Shown: positions 53,898 through 63,429, numbered from the stretch's first letter. The stretch is 64,000 nucleotides of DNA from an uncultured Actinomycetes bacterium (GCA_963696735.1 CAVOLG010000008.1:361069-425068), one strand, 5' to 3'. A program made the numbers and translations. The notes: a model not told the origin generated them from the sequence alone.

Positions 53898-54367
53898 CAG
53901 ACAGCCTCCAGCGCCGAGAGCGCGGCGTCGAGGGCGGGGGCGAGAAGGTGCCGGTCCTCCCGCACGTACAGCGGGCCGCCGGCGTCGCGCAGGAGACCCT
54001 CGAGAAGGAGGACGCCGCGCGCCGCCACGGGACGTTCCAGAGCGGACAGCCGGCGGGCGACCCACAGGAGGAGATCGCGCTGGTCGCGGATGGCGACGCG
54101 GTTCACGATCGCCGCGCCGGGGACGTAGCGCGGGTCGGCCGAGGCGACGAGCCGGCGGAGCGAGCGGGCCAGCGCCAGGCGCCGGCTCGCGCGGGTGAGC
54201 TCGTCGGCGCGCCAGGCGAGCCGGGGCGGCACGTAGGGCAGCTGCAGGAGCTCCCGGTCGGCCGTTCGGCGCGCCCGCCGCACCTCCCGGCGCTGGCGGA
54301 TCGAGCGCCACGGGTGGGGGAGGGGGAGGCGCCGGGTGCGTCCGGGTGGGGCGAGTACCTCGTTCAT
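53897..54367 (-). CDS. hypothetical 156-aa basic protein, first gene of the kdp structural operon
   Basis: Intact ORF. Arg-rich N-terminus then a helical C-terminal part. Its stop overlaps the start of the 27-aa ORF. Confidence 0.5.
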   Translation of the reverse strand: MNEVLAPPGRTRRLPLPHPWRSIRQRREVRRARRTADRELLQLPYVPPRLAWRADELTRASRRLALARSLRRLVASADPRYVPGAAIVNRVAIRDQRDLLLWVARRLSALERPVAARGVLLLEGLLRDAGGPLYVREDRHLLAPALDAALSALEAV

Positions 54368-54424
54368 CGCCCACCGACGCTACGACCGAGTCTCTAAGCG
54401 CGGTCTAAGGGTCCCGGCCTGGCT

Positions 54425-55117
54425 CTAAGAGTTGTCTAAAGGATCGACCAGCCGGTAGCCGGCGCCCGGCTCGGTGAGGATGTACCGGGGTCGCGTCGGG
54501 TCGGGCTCGAGCTTGCGGCGCAGCTGCGAGACGTAGACGTGCAGGTAGCTCGACTCGAGCTGATACGCCGGCCCCCACACCTCGCGCAGGATCGCCTTGT
54601 GGGTCAGCAGCTTGCCCTCGTTGAGGGCGAGCAGCCGCAGGAGGTCGAACTCGTGCGGGGTGAGATGGATCTGCCTGCCGTCGACGCTGACCGCGCGCCG
54701 CTCGAGATCGACTCGTAGCTCGCCGATCTCCAGCACCGGCTCACCCGGACCGCTCACCCGGCGGAGAGCGGCGCGCAGCCGGGCCAGGAGCTCGCCGATG
54801 GCGAACGGCTTCGTCACGTAGTCGTCGGCGCCGGCGTCGAGGGCCGCGATCTTCTCCGACTCCTCACCGACGGCCGAGACGAGGAGGATGGGCGCATCGG
54901 TCCAGCGGCGCAGGTCGCGCGTGACGTCGGTGCCGCGCCCGTCGGGCAGGAGGAGGTCGAGGATGATGGCGTCGGGCGTCCGCAGGCCCGCGCCGGCGAG
55001 CGCCTGCTCGGCGGTCGTCGCCGTCTCGACGTCGTAGCCCGCGCCGCGGAGATTGGTGACCAGGGCGCGGAGGAACTGGGGCTCGTCGTCGACGACGAGT
55101 ATGCGCTCCCCGCTCAC
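54425..55117 (-). CDS. kdpE: OmpR-family response regulator KdpE
   Basis: VSGERILVVDDEP...DLLLPDG...TKPF, then winged-helix LTPHEFDLLRLLALNEGKLLTHKAILREVWGP. The GTG at 55117 overlaps the kinase stop (GTGA). Confidence 0.85.
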   Translation of the reverse strand: MSGERILVVDDEPQFLRALVTNLRGAGYDVETATTAEQALAGAGLRTPDAIILDLLLPDGRGTDVTRDLRRWTDAPILLVSAVGEESEKIAALDAGADDYVTKPFAIGELLARLRAALRRVSGPGEPVLEIGELRVDLERRAVSVDGRQIHLTPHEFDLLRLLALNEGKLLTHKAILREVWGPAYQLESSYLHVYVSQLRRKLEPDPTRPRYILTEPGAGYRLVDPLDNS

Positions 55118-56509
55118 GGCACCGAGACGGGCACGTCGACCACCGGAAGGGCGACTGCGAACGAGGCGCCCTGTCCCTCGTGCGATTCCACCCACAGGCG
55201 TCCGCCGTTGGCCCGGGCGAACCCGCTGGCGATGGCCAGCCCGAGCCCGGCCCCGCGGCTGTCGGGTGCCCCGGCGACGCGATGGAAGGGCTCGAAGATG
55301 CGCTCGCGCTCGGCGGCCGGGATGCCGGGGCCGTGGTCGGTGATGCGGATGATGAGCTCCTTGCGCGTCGCGGTCACCCGGACGTGCACTGGCTCGTTCG
55401 CGGGCGAGAACTTGAGCGCGTTCTCGAGGATGTTGGCCAGCACGCGCTCGATCTGCAGGGCGTCGACGCGCACCGGCGGCAGGTCCGCGGGTGCGTGGAC
55501 CTCGACTCGCCCGGCGTCCCCGACGTCGTCGAGGGCCTGCCCGATGAGCTCGTCCGCGGACCACAGGTCGAAGCTCGGCGGCGCCGCCTCGGCCTGAATG
55601 CGCGAGAGGTCGAGCAGGTTCTCGACCACGCGCTTGAGCCGCTGCTGCTCGGCGCGGATGGTCTCGAGCAGGGCGCGGCGGTCGCCTGCGCTGAGGTCGA
55701 GCAGGCCGCTCTCCAACCCGTCAAGCGCGGTCTCGATGGTGGCCAGCGGGGTGCGGAGGTCGTGAGAGACGGCCTGGATGATGGCCGTCTTGATCGTGTC
55801 GCTCCGGCGCAGGGCCTCGGCCTCGAGCGCCTCGCGCGCGAGCCGCTCGCGCTCCGCCGCCACCGCCAGGAGCGACGCCAGGGCGGGCAGCAGGCGGCGC
55901 TGGACGTCGAAGTCCGGCTCCTCCTGGTCCGTGGTGTACAGGGTCCCGACGCGCTCGGCGTTCACGGTCAGCGGGTGCGGCGACTCGTGGCTGCCGGCCT
56001 GGTCACGGCTCTCGAGCACGATGCGCACGGAGGCGACGCCGAGGACGTCGGCAGTGCGGCGCTCGATCTGCCCGAGCTCGTCCTGAAGGCGCGTCCCGCG
56101 GAGCAATTCGGAGGCGATGTCGGCGACCAGGGCAGATTCCCGCTCGCGCTGCTCGGCCTCGGCGGCGCGCCGCCTCGCTCGCGAGGCGAGTACCCCGACC
56201 ACGATTGCCGTCACCACGTAGACGGCCAGAGCGAACCAGTCCTGCCGGTTGGCCAGCCTGAACGTGTGGACCGGGGGCAGGAAGAACCAGTTGAAGGCGA
56301 GCATGCTCGCCACGGCCACCGGGATGGCCACCACCGCTCCCCCAGATCACGGCCACGGGCAGGACGGCGAAGACGTAGAGGACGCCGAGGCTCAGGACCG
56401 GCGCGACGTTGTCGAACACGCCGATCGCCGCCGTGACCACGGCGACGGCGGCCGCCCCGGCCAGACCACCGGCCAGGCGGCTTCGGCGCCACGGGGCTTC
56501 TGTTCGCAC
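55114..56509 (-). CDS. kdpD: KdpD-type sensor histidine kinase lacking the N-terminal KdpD/Usp module (DUF4118 TM + GAF-like + HisKA + HATPase), frame broken once (about 56340)
   Basis: The TM region LGVLYVFAVLPVAVIWG (ORF 56003..56509) continues as VAIPVAVASMLAFNWFFLPPVHTF (ORF 55114..56334). Also AVSHDLRTPLA (H-box), NILENALKF, GLGLAI. Confidence 0.8.
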
Positions 56510-56521
56510 CTGTGGGGAACG

Positions 56522-56800
56522 CTAGTGGATCGCCTGGCCGCGGCCCGGGCCGGGGGTGAGGGCCTGGGCCAGCGCGGCCGGGTCCACGCCGACCACGCGG
56601 AGCACCTTGTCCCGCGACCGCTCGCCACGCACGACGGTGACGTTCGAGGGCGGCACGCCGGCCCGGTCGGCCACCAGGCGGCAGAGGGCGCGGTTGGCCC
56701 GGCCGTCGAGGGGCGGGGCGCTCACCCGGGCCACGAGGACGCCGTCGCGCATCCCGATCAGGCCATCGCGCGCGGCGCGCGGCTGCAGACGCACCGTGAT
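56522..56800 (-). CDS. DUF167 (YggU-like) protein; start unclear because the upstream marR reads into it
   Basis: ITVRLQPRAARDGLIGMRDGVLVARVSAPPLDGRANRALCRLVADRAGVPPSNVTVVRGERSRDKVLRV. Confidence 0.55.
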   Translation of the reverse strand: MTVRLQPRAARDGLIGMRDGVLVARVSAPPLDGRANRALCRLVADRAGVPPSNVTVVRGERSRDKVLRVVGVDPAALAQALTPGPGRGQAIH

Positions 56801-56823
56801 CCGGGCCTCTGGGAACTCGGCGC

Positions 56824-57253
56824 CTATGTCAGGCCCTTCTCCAGGCGCTCGAGCAGGGCCGCCAGCTGGGCCTGCGTCCTCCTCGCCCAGGATCGAGCGC
56901 AGGCGCTCGTCGTACTGCTGGGCCACGCGGCGCAGCCGGTCGAACAGAGCGGCGCCCTCCTCGGTGAGCGCCACCTGCTGGGCGCGGCGGTCGCTTCCAC
57001 CGCGGGTGCGCTCGACCAGGCCCTGCGCCTCGAGCGCCTGCAGGTGGTGGGTGAGCGTGGCCCCGGTGATGCCCATGGCCTCGGCCATGCCGGCCTGCGT
57101 CCCCCACTGGCCGGAGCGGACGAGCAGGAGGACCTGCCAGGCGGCGGCCGAGCCGCCCGCCTCCGCCATCGCCCGCTCGAAGGCCTGGGAGACGACGCGG
57201 GCCGTGCGCGTCAGCCGCAGGCCGACGGGCGGAGCGAAGGGAGGAGTGGTCAC
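56824..57253 (-). CDS. MarR-family transcriptional regulator, frame broken near its 3' end (about 56875)
   Basis: WQVLLLVRSGQWGTQAGMAEAMGITGATLTHHLQALEAQGLVERTRGGSDRRAQQVALTEEG. The natural tail QAQLAALLERLEKGLT-TAG (stop at 56824-56826) is in a different frame. Confidence 0.75.
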
Positions 57254-57273
57254 AGGACGATCCTAGCTATCGC

Positions 57274-57302
57274 TTGACATCTAATCATTAGATATCTAAT
57301 CT
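57274..57302 (+). promoter_or_regulatory. promoter plus MarR-type operator in the marR/MFS divergent region
   Basis: TTGACA (57274-57279), 17-nt spacer, TAATCT (57297-57302). Perfect palindrome ATCTAAT-C-ATTAGAT (57279-57293) and a third ATCTAAT half-site (57294-57300). The ATG is at 57311. Confidence 0.5.
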
Positions 57303-57310
57303 ATCACCCC

Positions 57311-58789
57311 ATGACTGCTGCCGCCATCAACTCCCGCCCGGATGCCGGGCAGGCGCGCCGTGCGTCGGTCCGCGTCCCCTTCGCCGCCATCGTGCTGGCC
57401 ATGCTCCCCGCCGTCCTCGACCAGACCATCCTGGCCACGGCGCTCCCCACCATCGCCCGCGACCTCGGGCGGGTGAGCGACGTCTCATGGATCGTCACCA
57501 CCTACGTCGTGGCCGCGGCCGCCGCCACTCCGCTGTGGGGCAAGCTCGGCGACCGGTACGGCCGCAGCCGCCTGCTGCAGCTGTCCCTGGGCGGGTTCCT
57601 GGCCGCCTCCGCCCTGTGCGGGGTGAGCCAGAGCCTCGTCATGCTGCTCGTCGTCCGCGGCGTCCAGGGCGTGGCCGCGGGCGGGCTGATGACCCTCGCC
57701 ATGGCCTCGGTGGGCGACCTCGTCTCCCCGCGCGAGCGGGCGCGCTACCAGGGCATCATCGCCGCCGTCTTCGCCGGAGCCACCGTTCTCGGCCCGCTGG
57801 TCGGCGGCGTCCTGGTCCAGGACGCCGGCTGGCGCTGGGTGTTCTACGTCAACCTGCCGGTGGGGATCGCGGCTCTGACGGCCCTGCGCCTGCGCCTCCC
57901 GTCCTCGCCCGGAGAGGGCGCCCGGTTGCCGCTCGACCTGTGGGGATCGGCCCTGCTCGTCCTGGCCACCTCGGGCCTGATGCTCACCTGCGTGCTCGGC
58001 GGGAGCGGCCACTCGTGGACGTCGCCGCTGGTCCTCTCGCTGGCCGCGACCGCCGTCGTGGCCACGGTCGGGCTGATCGCGCGCGAGCGTCGAGCGCCCG
58101 ACCCGGTCGTCCCCCTCGACGTGCTGCGCCTGCGGCCCGTGGCCGTGGCCTGCGTCACGTTCTTCCTGGCCACGGCGGGCCTGTTCGCCATCACCGTGTT
58201 CGTGCCGCTGTTCCTGCAGACCACGACGGGCGCGAGCCCCACCCTCGCCGGGCTGCTGCTCGTGCCCATGATGATCGGCGTCACCGTGTCCACCAATCTG
58301 GCCGGCCGCGCGATCGGGCGGAGCGGCCGCTACAAGCGCTACCCGGTGGCCGGGCTCGCCCTGATGACGGCCGGTCTCGCGATCCTCGCGGCCCGCGCGC
58401 TCGACCCCTCGCGCACGGTCACGGGCGTCGGGCTGGCCGTCTTCGGCCTCGGCTTCGGCCTGGTCGGCCAGGTGCTGATGGTGGCCGTGCAGAACAGCGT
58501 CGACCGGTCCCGGTTGGGCGTGGCCACCGCCTCGACGAACCTCTTCCGCGCCCTCGGCGGGGCGATCGGCTCGGCCGTCCTTGGCGCCGTCTTCGCGGCC
58601 CGCGTGGGCCACGGATCCCCGGCGGAGATCGAGTCGGCGGCCCGGACCGTGTTCCTGGCCGGCGCCGGGCTGACGGCCCTGGCGTTCCTGGTCGTGCTCC
58701 TGCTCGAGGAGGTCCCGCTGCGAGGCCCGGCGGCGCCGCCTCGAGGTGCCGAGAACAGTTCAGCCCAGCCTGAACTGTCCCGGCGCTAG
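57311..58789 (+). CDS. MFS transporter, DHA2 (EmrB/QacA-like, 14-TMS) drug/H+ antiporter family
   Basis: Intact 492 aa. LDQTILATALPTIARDLG, GKLGDRYGRSRL. Confidence 0.85.
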   Translation: MTAAAINSRPDAGQARRASVRVPFAAIVLAMLPAVLDQTILATALPTIARDLGRVSDVSWIVTTYVVAAAAATPLWGKLGDRYGRSRLLQLSLGGFLAASALCGVSQSLVMLLVVRGVQGVAAGGLMTLAMASVGDLVSPRERARYQGIIAAVFAGATVLGPLVGGVLVQDAGWRWVFYVNLPVGIAALTALRLRLPSSPGEGARLPLDLWGSALLVLATSGLMLTCVLGGSGHSWTSPLVLSLAATAVVATVGLIARERRAPDPVVPLDVLRLRPVAVACVTFFLATAGLFAITVFVPLFLQTTTGASPTLAGLLLVPMMIGVTVSTNLAGRAIGRSGRYKRYPVAGLALMTAGLAILAARALDPSRTVTGVGLAVFGLGFGLVGQVLMVAVQNSVDRSRLGVATASTNLFRALGGAIGSAVLGAVFAARVGHGSPAEIESAARTVFLAGAGLTALAFLVVLLLEEVPLRGPAAPPRGAENSSAQPELSRR

Positions 58790-58798
58790 CCTGGCTCC

Positions 58799-59506
58799 AT
58801 GGACGCCGACATCGCCGCCGTGGCCACCCTCTTCGCCGAGCCGGCCCGCGCTCGCATGCTCATGGCCCTGGGCGACGGCCGGTCGCTGCCCGCCTCGGCC
58901 CTGGCCGCCGAGGCCGGCGTCTCCGCACAGTCGGCGAGCGCCCATCTCGGCCGCCTGCGGGAGGCCGGGCTCATCACCATGGAGCGCGCCGGACGCCACC
59001 GCTACTTCCGGCTGGCCGGGCCGGACGTCGCCGACGGCCTGGAGTCGCTGGCCCGTCTGGCCCCGGCGATTCCCGTGCGCTCGCTGCGCGAGGCCACTCG
59101 GGCGGAGGCGCTGCGGCGGGCCCGCACCTGCTACGACCACCTGGCTGGAGAGCTCGGCGTGGCCATCACGGACGCGCTCGTCGACCGGGCCGCGCTGGAG
59201 GCCGGCGGCGACACGACGTTTCGCCTCGGTCCCCGGGCGGCCGCGGTCCTGCGCCCGCTCGGGGTGGACCTCGCCGCTGTCGCGGCGGCGCGCTCGCGGC
59301 GGCCGCTCGTCCGCGTCTGCGTGGACTGGACCGAACGCCGGCCCCACCTGGCCGGGCGCCTCGGGGCGGCGCTGCAGGAGGCGCTCGTGGGCCGGGGCTG
59401 GGTCGTCCGGCATGAGGGACATCGGGCGGTCAGCGTCACGGCCGAGGGCGAGGTCGCGCTCCGGGCCCGGCTCGGCCCACGGGTCGTCGAGCCGCGCCCT
59501 GGCTGA
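58799..59506 (+). CDS. ArsR-like winged-helix transcriptional regulator with extra C-terminal domain
   Basis: LFAEPARARMLMALGDGRSLPASALAAEAGVSAQSASAHLGRLREAGLITMERAGRHRYFRL. Confidence 0.65.
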   Translation: MDADIAAVATLFAEPARARMLMALGDGRSLPASALAAEAGVSAQSASAHLGRLREAGLITMERAGRHRYFRLAGPDVADGLESLARLAPAIPVRSLREATRAEALRRARTCYDHLAGELGVAITDALVDRAALEAGGDTTFRLGPRAAAVLRPLGVDLAAVAAARSRRPLVRVCVDWTERRPHLAGRLGAALQEALVGRGWVVRHEGHRAVSVTAEGEVALRARLGPRVVEPRPG

Positions 59507-59640
59507 GGGCGCCTCTGCCACCGCCGGCACGCGGTGCGCCTGCCGGCAACCGCGACCGCACTCTGATCTCACTCACAGCTTGCCCTGAGGTTGTGGTGGT
59601 TCGATTGGGCGCAGCACCCAACGAACGAGAGGCAAGCGGC

Positions 59641-60712
59641 ATGCAACGACGGACGAAGCGCATGGTGGCGGCCGGTCTGGTCGCCGGGACGGTCGTCGTC
59701 GGCGGCGGGGCGGCGGTGGCTTCCTCGCAGTTCGGCTCCGGCTCCGACCAGCAGGCCCTGGTGGCCGATGCCGCGCAGCGGCTCGGCGTCTCCTCGGCCA
59801 AGCTGTCCGACGCGCTCAAGCAGGCGTTCAACGACCGAGTCGACGCCGCCGTGGCCGTGGGCCAGCTGACCAAGTCCCAGGGTGACGCCATCAAGGCGCG
59901 TGCTGCCGCCGCTCCCGGCGTGGGCGCGCCGTTCTTCCTCCCCGGCCGGGACCACCACGGCGGCTTCGGATTCCAGGTGGCCGGCCCGTTCGGCGGGCCT
60001 GGCGACGTGGGCGACGTCTTCGGCGCCGCGGCCGCATACCTCAACATCTCGCCGGCCACGCTGAAGACCGACCTCGGGAAGGGCCAGTCGCTGGCCCAGG
60101 TGGCCAAGGCCCAGAACAAGTCGACCGACGGCCTGAAGACCGCCATCACCACCGCCGTCCAGACGAAGCTCGACACCGCGGTGCAGAACGGCGACCTCAC
60201 CAAGACGCAGGAGACCGACATCCTGAGCCGGTTCTCGAGCCACGTCGACGACCTCATCAACGCCACGCCCGGCGCGTTTGGCGGCCATCACTTCGGTGTC
60301 CACGTGCGCGGCCCGTTCGGGTTCGGCGTTGTGGGGGACGTGGCCGGTGCGGCTGCCTCGTACCTCGGCGTCTCGCCGGCCACGCTGAAGGCCGACCTCG
60401 GGAAAGGCCAGTCGCTGGCCCAGGTGGCCAAGGCCCAGGGCAAGTCGACCGACGGGCTGAAGACCGCCATCACCACCGCGGCGCAGACGAAGCTCGACGC
60501 CGCGGTCAAGAGCGGCGACATCACCAAGGCCCAGGAAACCGAGATCCTGAACGAGCTCTCGAGCCACGCGGATGAGCTCATCAACGCCACCCCCGGCCAG
60601 TTCCAGTTCCGTGGCCATGACGACGAGGGTCCCGGCTTCCGCACCGGGCGCGCCCTCCTTTACCCCTCCGACCCCGGCGAGCAGCAGCACACCCACCGGC
60701 ACCACGGCCTAG
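59641..60712 (+). CDS. secreted repeat protein (three about-108-aa units); 3' end uncertain
   Basis: ATG at 59641 and signal-like MVAAGLVAGTVVVGGGAAVASS. Units are built on LGVS.A.LK.DLGKGQSLAQVAKAQ.KSTDGLKTAITTA.QTKLD.AV..GD.TK.QE..IL. There is no in-frame stop before 61362. A TAG at 60710-60712 would end it after a +1 shift. Confidence 0.5.
60024..60655 (+). repeat. two tandem in-frame 324-bp repeat units (a diverged third unit lies upstream)
   Basis: GCCGGCCACG occurs at 60051 and 60375. Long identical runs, for example GGCCAGTCGCTGGCCCAGGTGGCCAAGGCCCAG and CTGAAGACCGCCATCACCACCGC. Confidence 0.8.
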
Positions 60713-60759
60713 CTCCCCGCCCGCATCCGCCTGGCCCCAGGCGGTGGCACCCTGCTCCC

Positions 60760-61362
60760 ATGCGGCACCGGCCCGTGGGAGCAGGGTGCGTCGCGCTGGT
60801 CTTCCTCCTCGCGGCGTGCGCAACGGGGGCTCGCGGTGGACAGCCACCGCCCCGGGCGGCATACGTCTTCGGCGACTCGCTCGCGCAGGGGACGGCGCCG
60901 TACCTCGCGGCCGATCTTCCCGGCTGGCGCCTGCGCCAGCGGGTGGCTCTGAGCAGGCACGCCTCCGAGGGCATCCTCGCCCTCGAGGAGCAGGGCCGGC
61001 GGCTCGAGCCGGTCGTGGTCATGAGCCTGGGGACGAACGACGACCCACGCGCAGCGGCCCAGTTCGACCGTGAGGTGCGGACGATCGTGGGCCTGGCCGG
61101 GCCTCACCGGTGCGTGGTGTGGCCGAACATCGTCCGGCCGCCGGCGGTCGGGACGAGCTACGCCGGGCTCAACCGGGTGCTGGCCCAGGAGGACGCGCGC
61201 CTGCCCAACCTGCACGTCGTGGACTGGGCGGCCCTGGTCCGCGCCCACCGCGGCTGGGTGGCGCCCGACGGGGTGCACGTCAACGCCGCCGGCTACCGGG
61301 CCCGCGCTGCCGCGATCGCGGCAGCGATGCGCAGCTGCTGGGCCGAACTGGGCGGTCGCTGA
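60760..61362 (+). CDS. SGNH/GDSL-type hydrolase lipoprotein
   Basis: [20 protein letters not shown] lipobox at ATG 60760. [10 protein letters not shown] (block I Ser), SLGTND, DGVHVN (block V). Confidence 0.65.
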   Translation: MRHRPVGAGCVALVFLLAACATGARGGQPPPRAAYVFGDSLAQGTAPYLAADLPGWRLRQRVALSRHASEGILALEEQGRRLEPVVVMSLGTNDDPRAAAQFDREVRTIVGLAGPHRCVVWPNIVRPPAVGTSYAGLNRVLAQEDARLPNLHVVDWAALVRAHRGWVAPDGVHVNAAGYRARAAAIAAAMRSCWAELGGR

Positions 61363-61504
61363 CCGGCATTCGGCTGCGATGTGCGCCCTCGTGATGGCGT
61401 CGGCGTGCCGGCTTTGCCGGCATGTCGAAAGCGCGCGTCAGGCCCTGCAATCAGCCGTCGGCATCGCTCCAGCCGACCGTGGCTCGCCCGAAGAAGGGGG
61501 CCAA

Positions 61505-61530
61505 CGGGGGAAACATGGTTTCCCCGTTTT
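61505..61530. terminator. hairpin with T-run between convergent genes
   Basis: GGGGAAAC-ATG-GTTTCCCC followed by GTTTT. It abuts the TAA stop (61529-61531, minus strand) of the ABC ATPase. Confidence 0.55.
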
Positions 61531-62292
61531 ACGCAGCGACGCCGGTCATCATCGAGACGATGGCCTCGACGGACGAGTCTTCGGTGCGCATGGTGGTGAT
61601 GGTGCGGCCGAGGCGGAGCACCGTGATGCGGGAGGCGACGGCGAAGACCTCGGGCAGGTTGTGGCTGATCATGATCACGCCGATGCCCTCGTCGCGGATC
61701 TCCCGGATGAGGTCGAGGACCATGAGCGACTCGCGCACCCCGAGCGCGGCCGTGGGCTCGTCCATGATCACGATGCGCGAGCCCCAGGCGATGGCGCGGG
61801 CCACCGCGATGCCCTGACGCTGGCCGCCGGAGAGGGCCAGCACGGGGGTCTGCACGGACGGGATGCCGATCTTGAGCCGGCGCATCTCCTCCTCGGCCCG
61901 GCGGCGCATGGTGCGCCTTGTCGAGGAGCCCGAGCCATCCGAGGCCCGGTCGCGTGACCTCGCGTCCCAGGAAGAGGTTCGCGCTCGCGTCGAGGTGGTC
62001 GGCCAGGGCGAGGTCCTGGTAGACGGTCTCGATCCCGTGCGCCCGCGCCGCGCGCGGGCTGTCGAAGTGGACGGGTTGCCCGTCGAGGAGGATCTCGCCG
62101 CCGTCGGCGGGCAGCGCCCCCGACAGGATCTTGATCAGCGTCGACTTGCCGGCCCCGTTGTCGCCGACGATCGGCGTGCACCTCGGCCGGCTCGAGGTCG
62201 AAGTTGACGTCGCGCAGCGCGACCACGCGCCCGAAGTGCTTCTGGATGCCTCGGGCCTCGAGGAGTGGGGTGTGGGTGTCGTCTGCTGCCAT
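61529..62292 (-). pseudogene. sugar-type ABC transporter ATP-binding protein (single cassette), about 2 frameshifts
   Basis: [24 protein letters not shown] (61768..62292). The Walker [11 protein letters not shown] is in another frame. [26 protein letters not shown] (61529..61909). Confidence 0.75.
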
Positions 62293-62345
62293 CGGGACCT
62301 GGCGGGAGCGCCTCCGCGCGAGGCGCCCCCACCGGCCGTCCTCGG

Positions 62346-63329
62346 TTACTTGGTGTACAGGAACTTCTTGATCGCCGGCGAGCTGACGTTGGCCTTCGTG
62401 ATGATGGCCGCGCCCGTGCCGTAGTGCTTCTTGATGCCCGGCCTTGCTTGCCGGTCAGGTACTGGTAGGCGAGGTTCACGCCCTTCTGCCCGATCCCGTA
62501 CGGGATCCTGGGCCACGAGCGCGTCGATCGTGCCCGCCTTGAGCGCCTGCACCTGCAGGGGCTCGGCGTCGAACTCGACGAGCTTGACCTTGCCGGACTT
62601 GCCGGCGGCCTTGACGGCGGAGGTCACGCCGTTCCCCGAGACCACGTTCATGGCGAAGATGCCCGCGAGGTCGGAGTGCGCCGTGATCAGCGCCGAGGCC
62701 TGCTGCGACGCCTTCGTCTGGTCGTCGTTGTCGAACTGCGTGCCCAGGTACTTGATGCCGGAGTACGCCTTGATGCCCGACTCGAAGCCCTGCTTGCGCT
62801 GGTCGGTGGTGCTGATGCCCGGGCGTCACGCTGATCGCGGCGACCGAGCCCTTGTTGCCGATCGCCTGCGCGAGCGCCTTGGCGGCGGCCTTGCCGCCGG
62901 CGACGTTGTCGGACGAGACGTTCGAGATCGCGATCGGCGACGAGATGAACGTGTCGACCGTGAAGACCGGGATGCCCGCGGCGATCGCCTTCTTGATCGG
63001 GGCGATCAGCGCGGTCTTGTCGGTCGGGGCGATCAGGATCGCGTCGGGCTTGCGCGCGATCGCGGCGTTCAGGAACGGGATCTGCGTCGGCGGGCTGAAG
63101 GCCGTCGGCGAGCCCTGGAAGACGAGCTTGATGCCGTGCTTGGCCGCCTCGGCCTCGGCGCCCTTGTGCATCGTCGTGTAGAAGGCGTCGGAGGCTGATG
63201 CCCGGGATCAGGTAGAAGTGTAGCGTCTTGCTGCGGGCGCCTGCTGGTGCGCGGACGCGGCCGTGACGAGCGGTGGCGCCGGCAACGGCGAGCCGCGATG
63301 GCGGCGGCGAGAATGCGGCGACGGTTCAT
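62346..63329 (-). pseudogene. periplasmic sugar-binding protein (RbsB/FrcB-like), several frameshifts
   Basis: Signal-like start in ORF 63069..63329. KHGIKLVFQG...KPDAILIAPTDKTALIAPIKKAIAAGIPVFTVDT (62476..63171). GIFAMNVVSGNGVTSAVKAAGKSGKVKLVEFD (62346..62651). Confidence 0.7.
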
Positions 63330-63429
63330 GTGGTCTCCTCCTCGTCGAGGGAATGCGGGGTCTGCCGGTGCGCCCGGCGGCGTCGATCGTGCGCCTCGCT
63401 AGGTGCGCCGTGCGGGCCTCCTCTCGCGT

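Noticed and set aside
60024-60655. Template/variable repeat pair of a diversity-generating retroelement
   Set aside because: There is no reverse transcriptase anywhere in the window. The two units are tandem and in frame within one gene. Their differences are mixed transitions and transversions, not adenine-specific.
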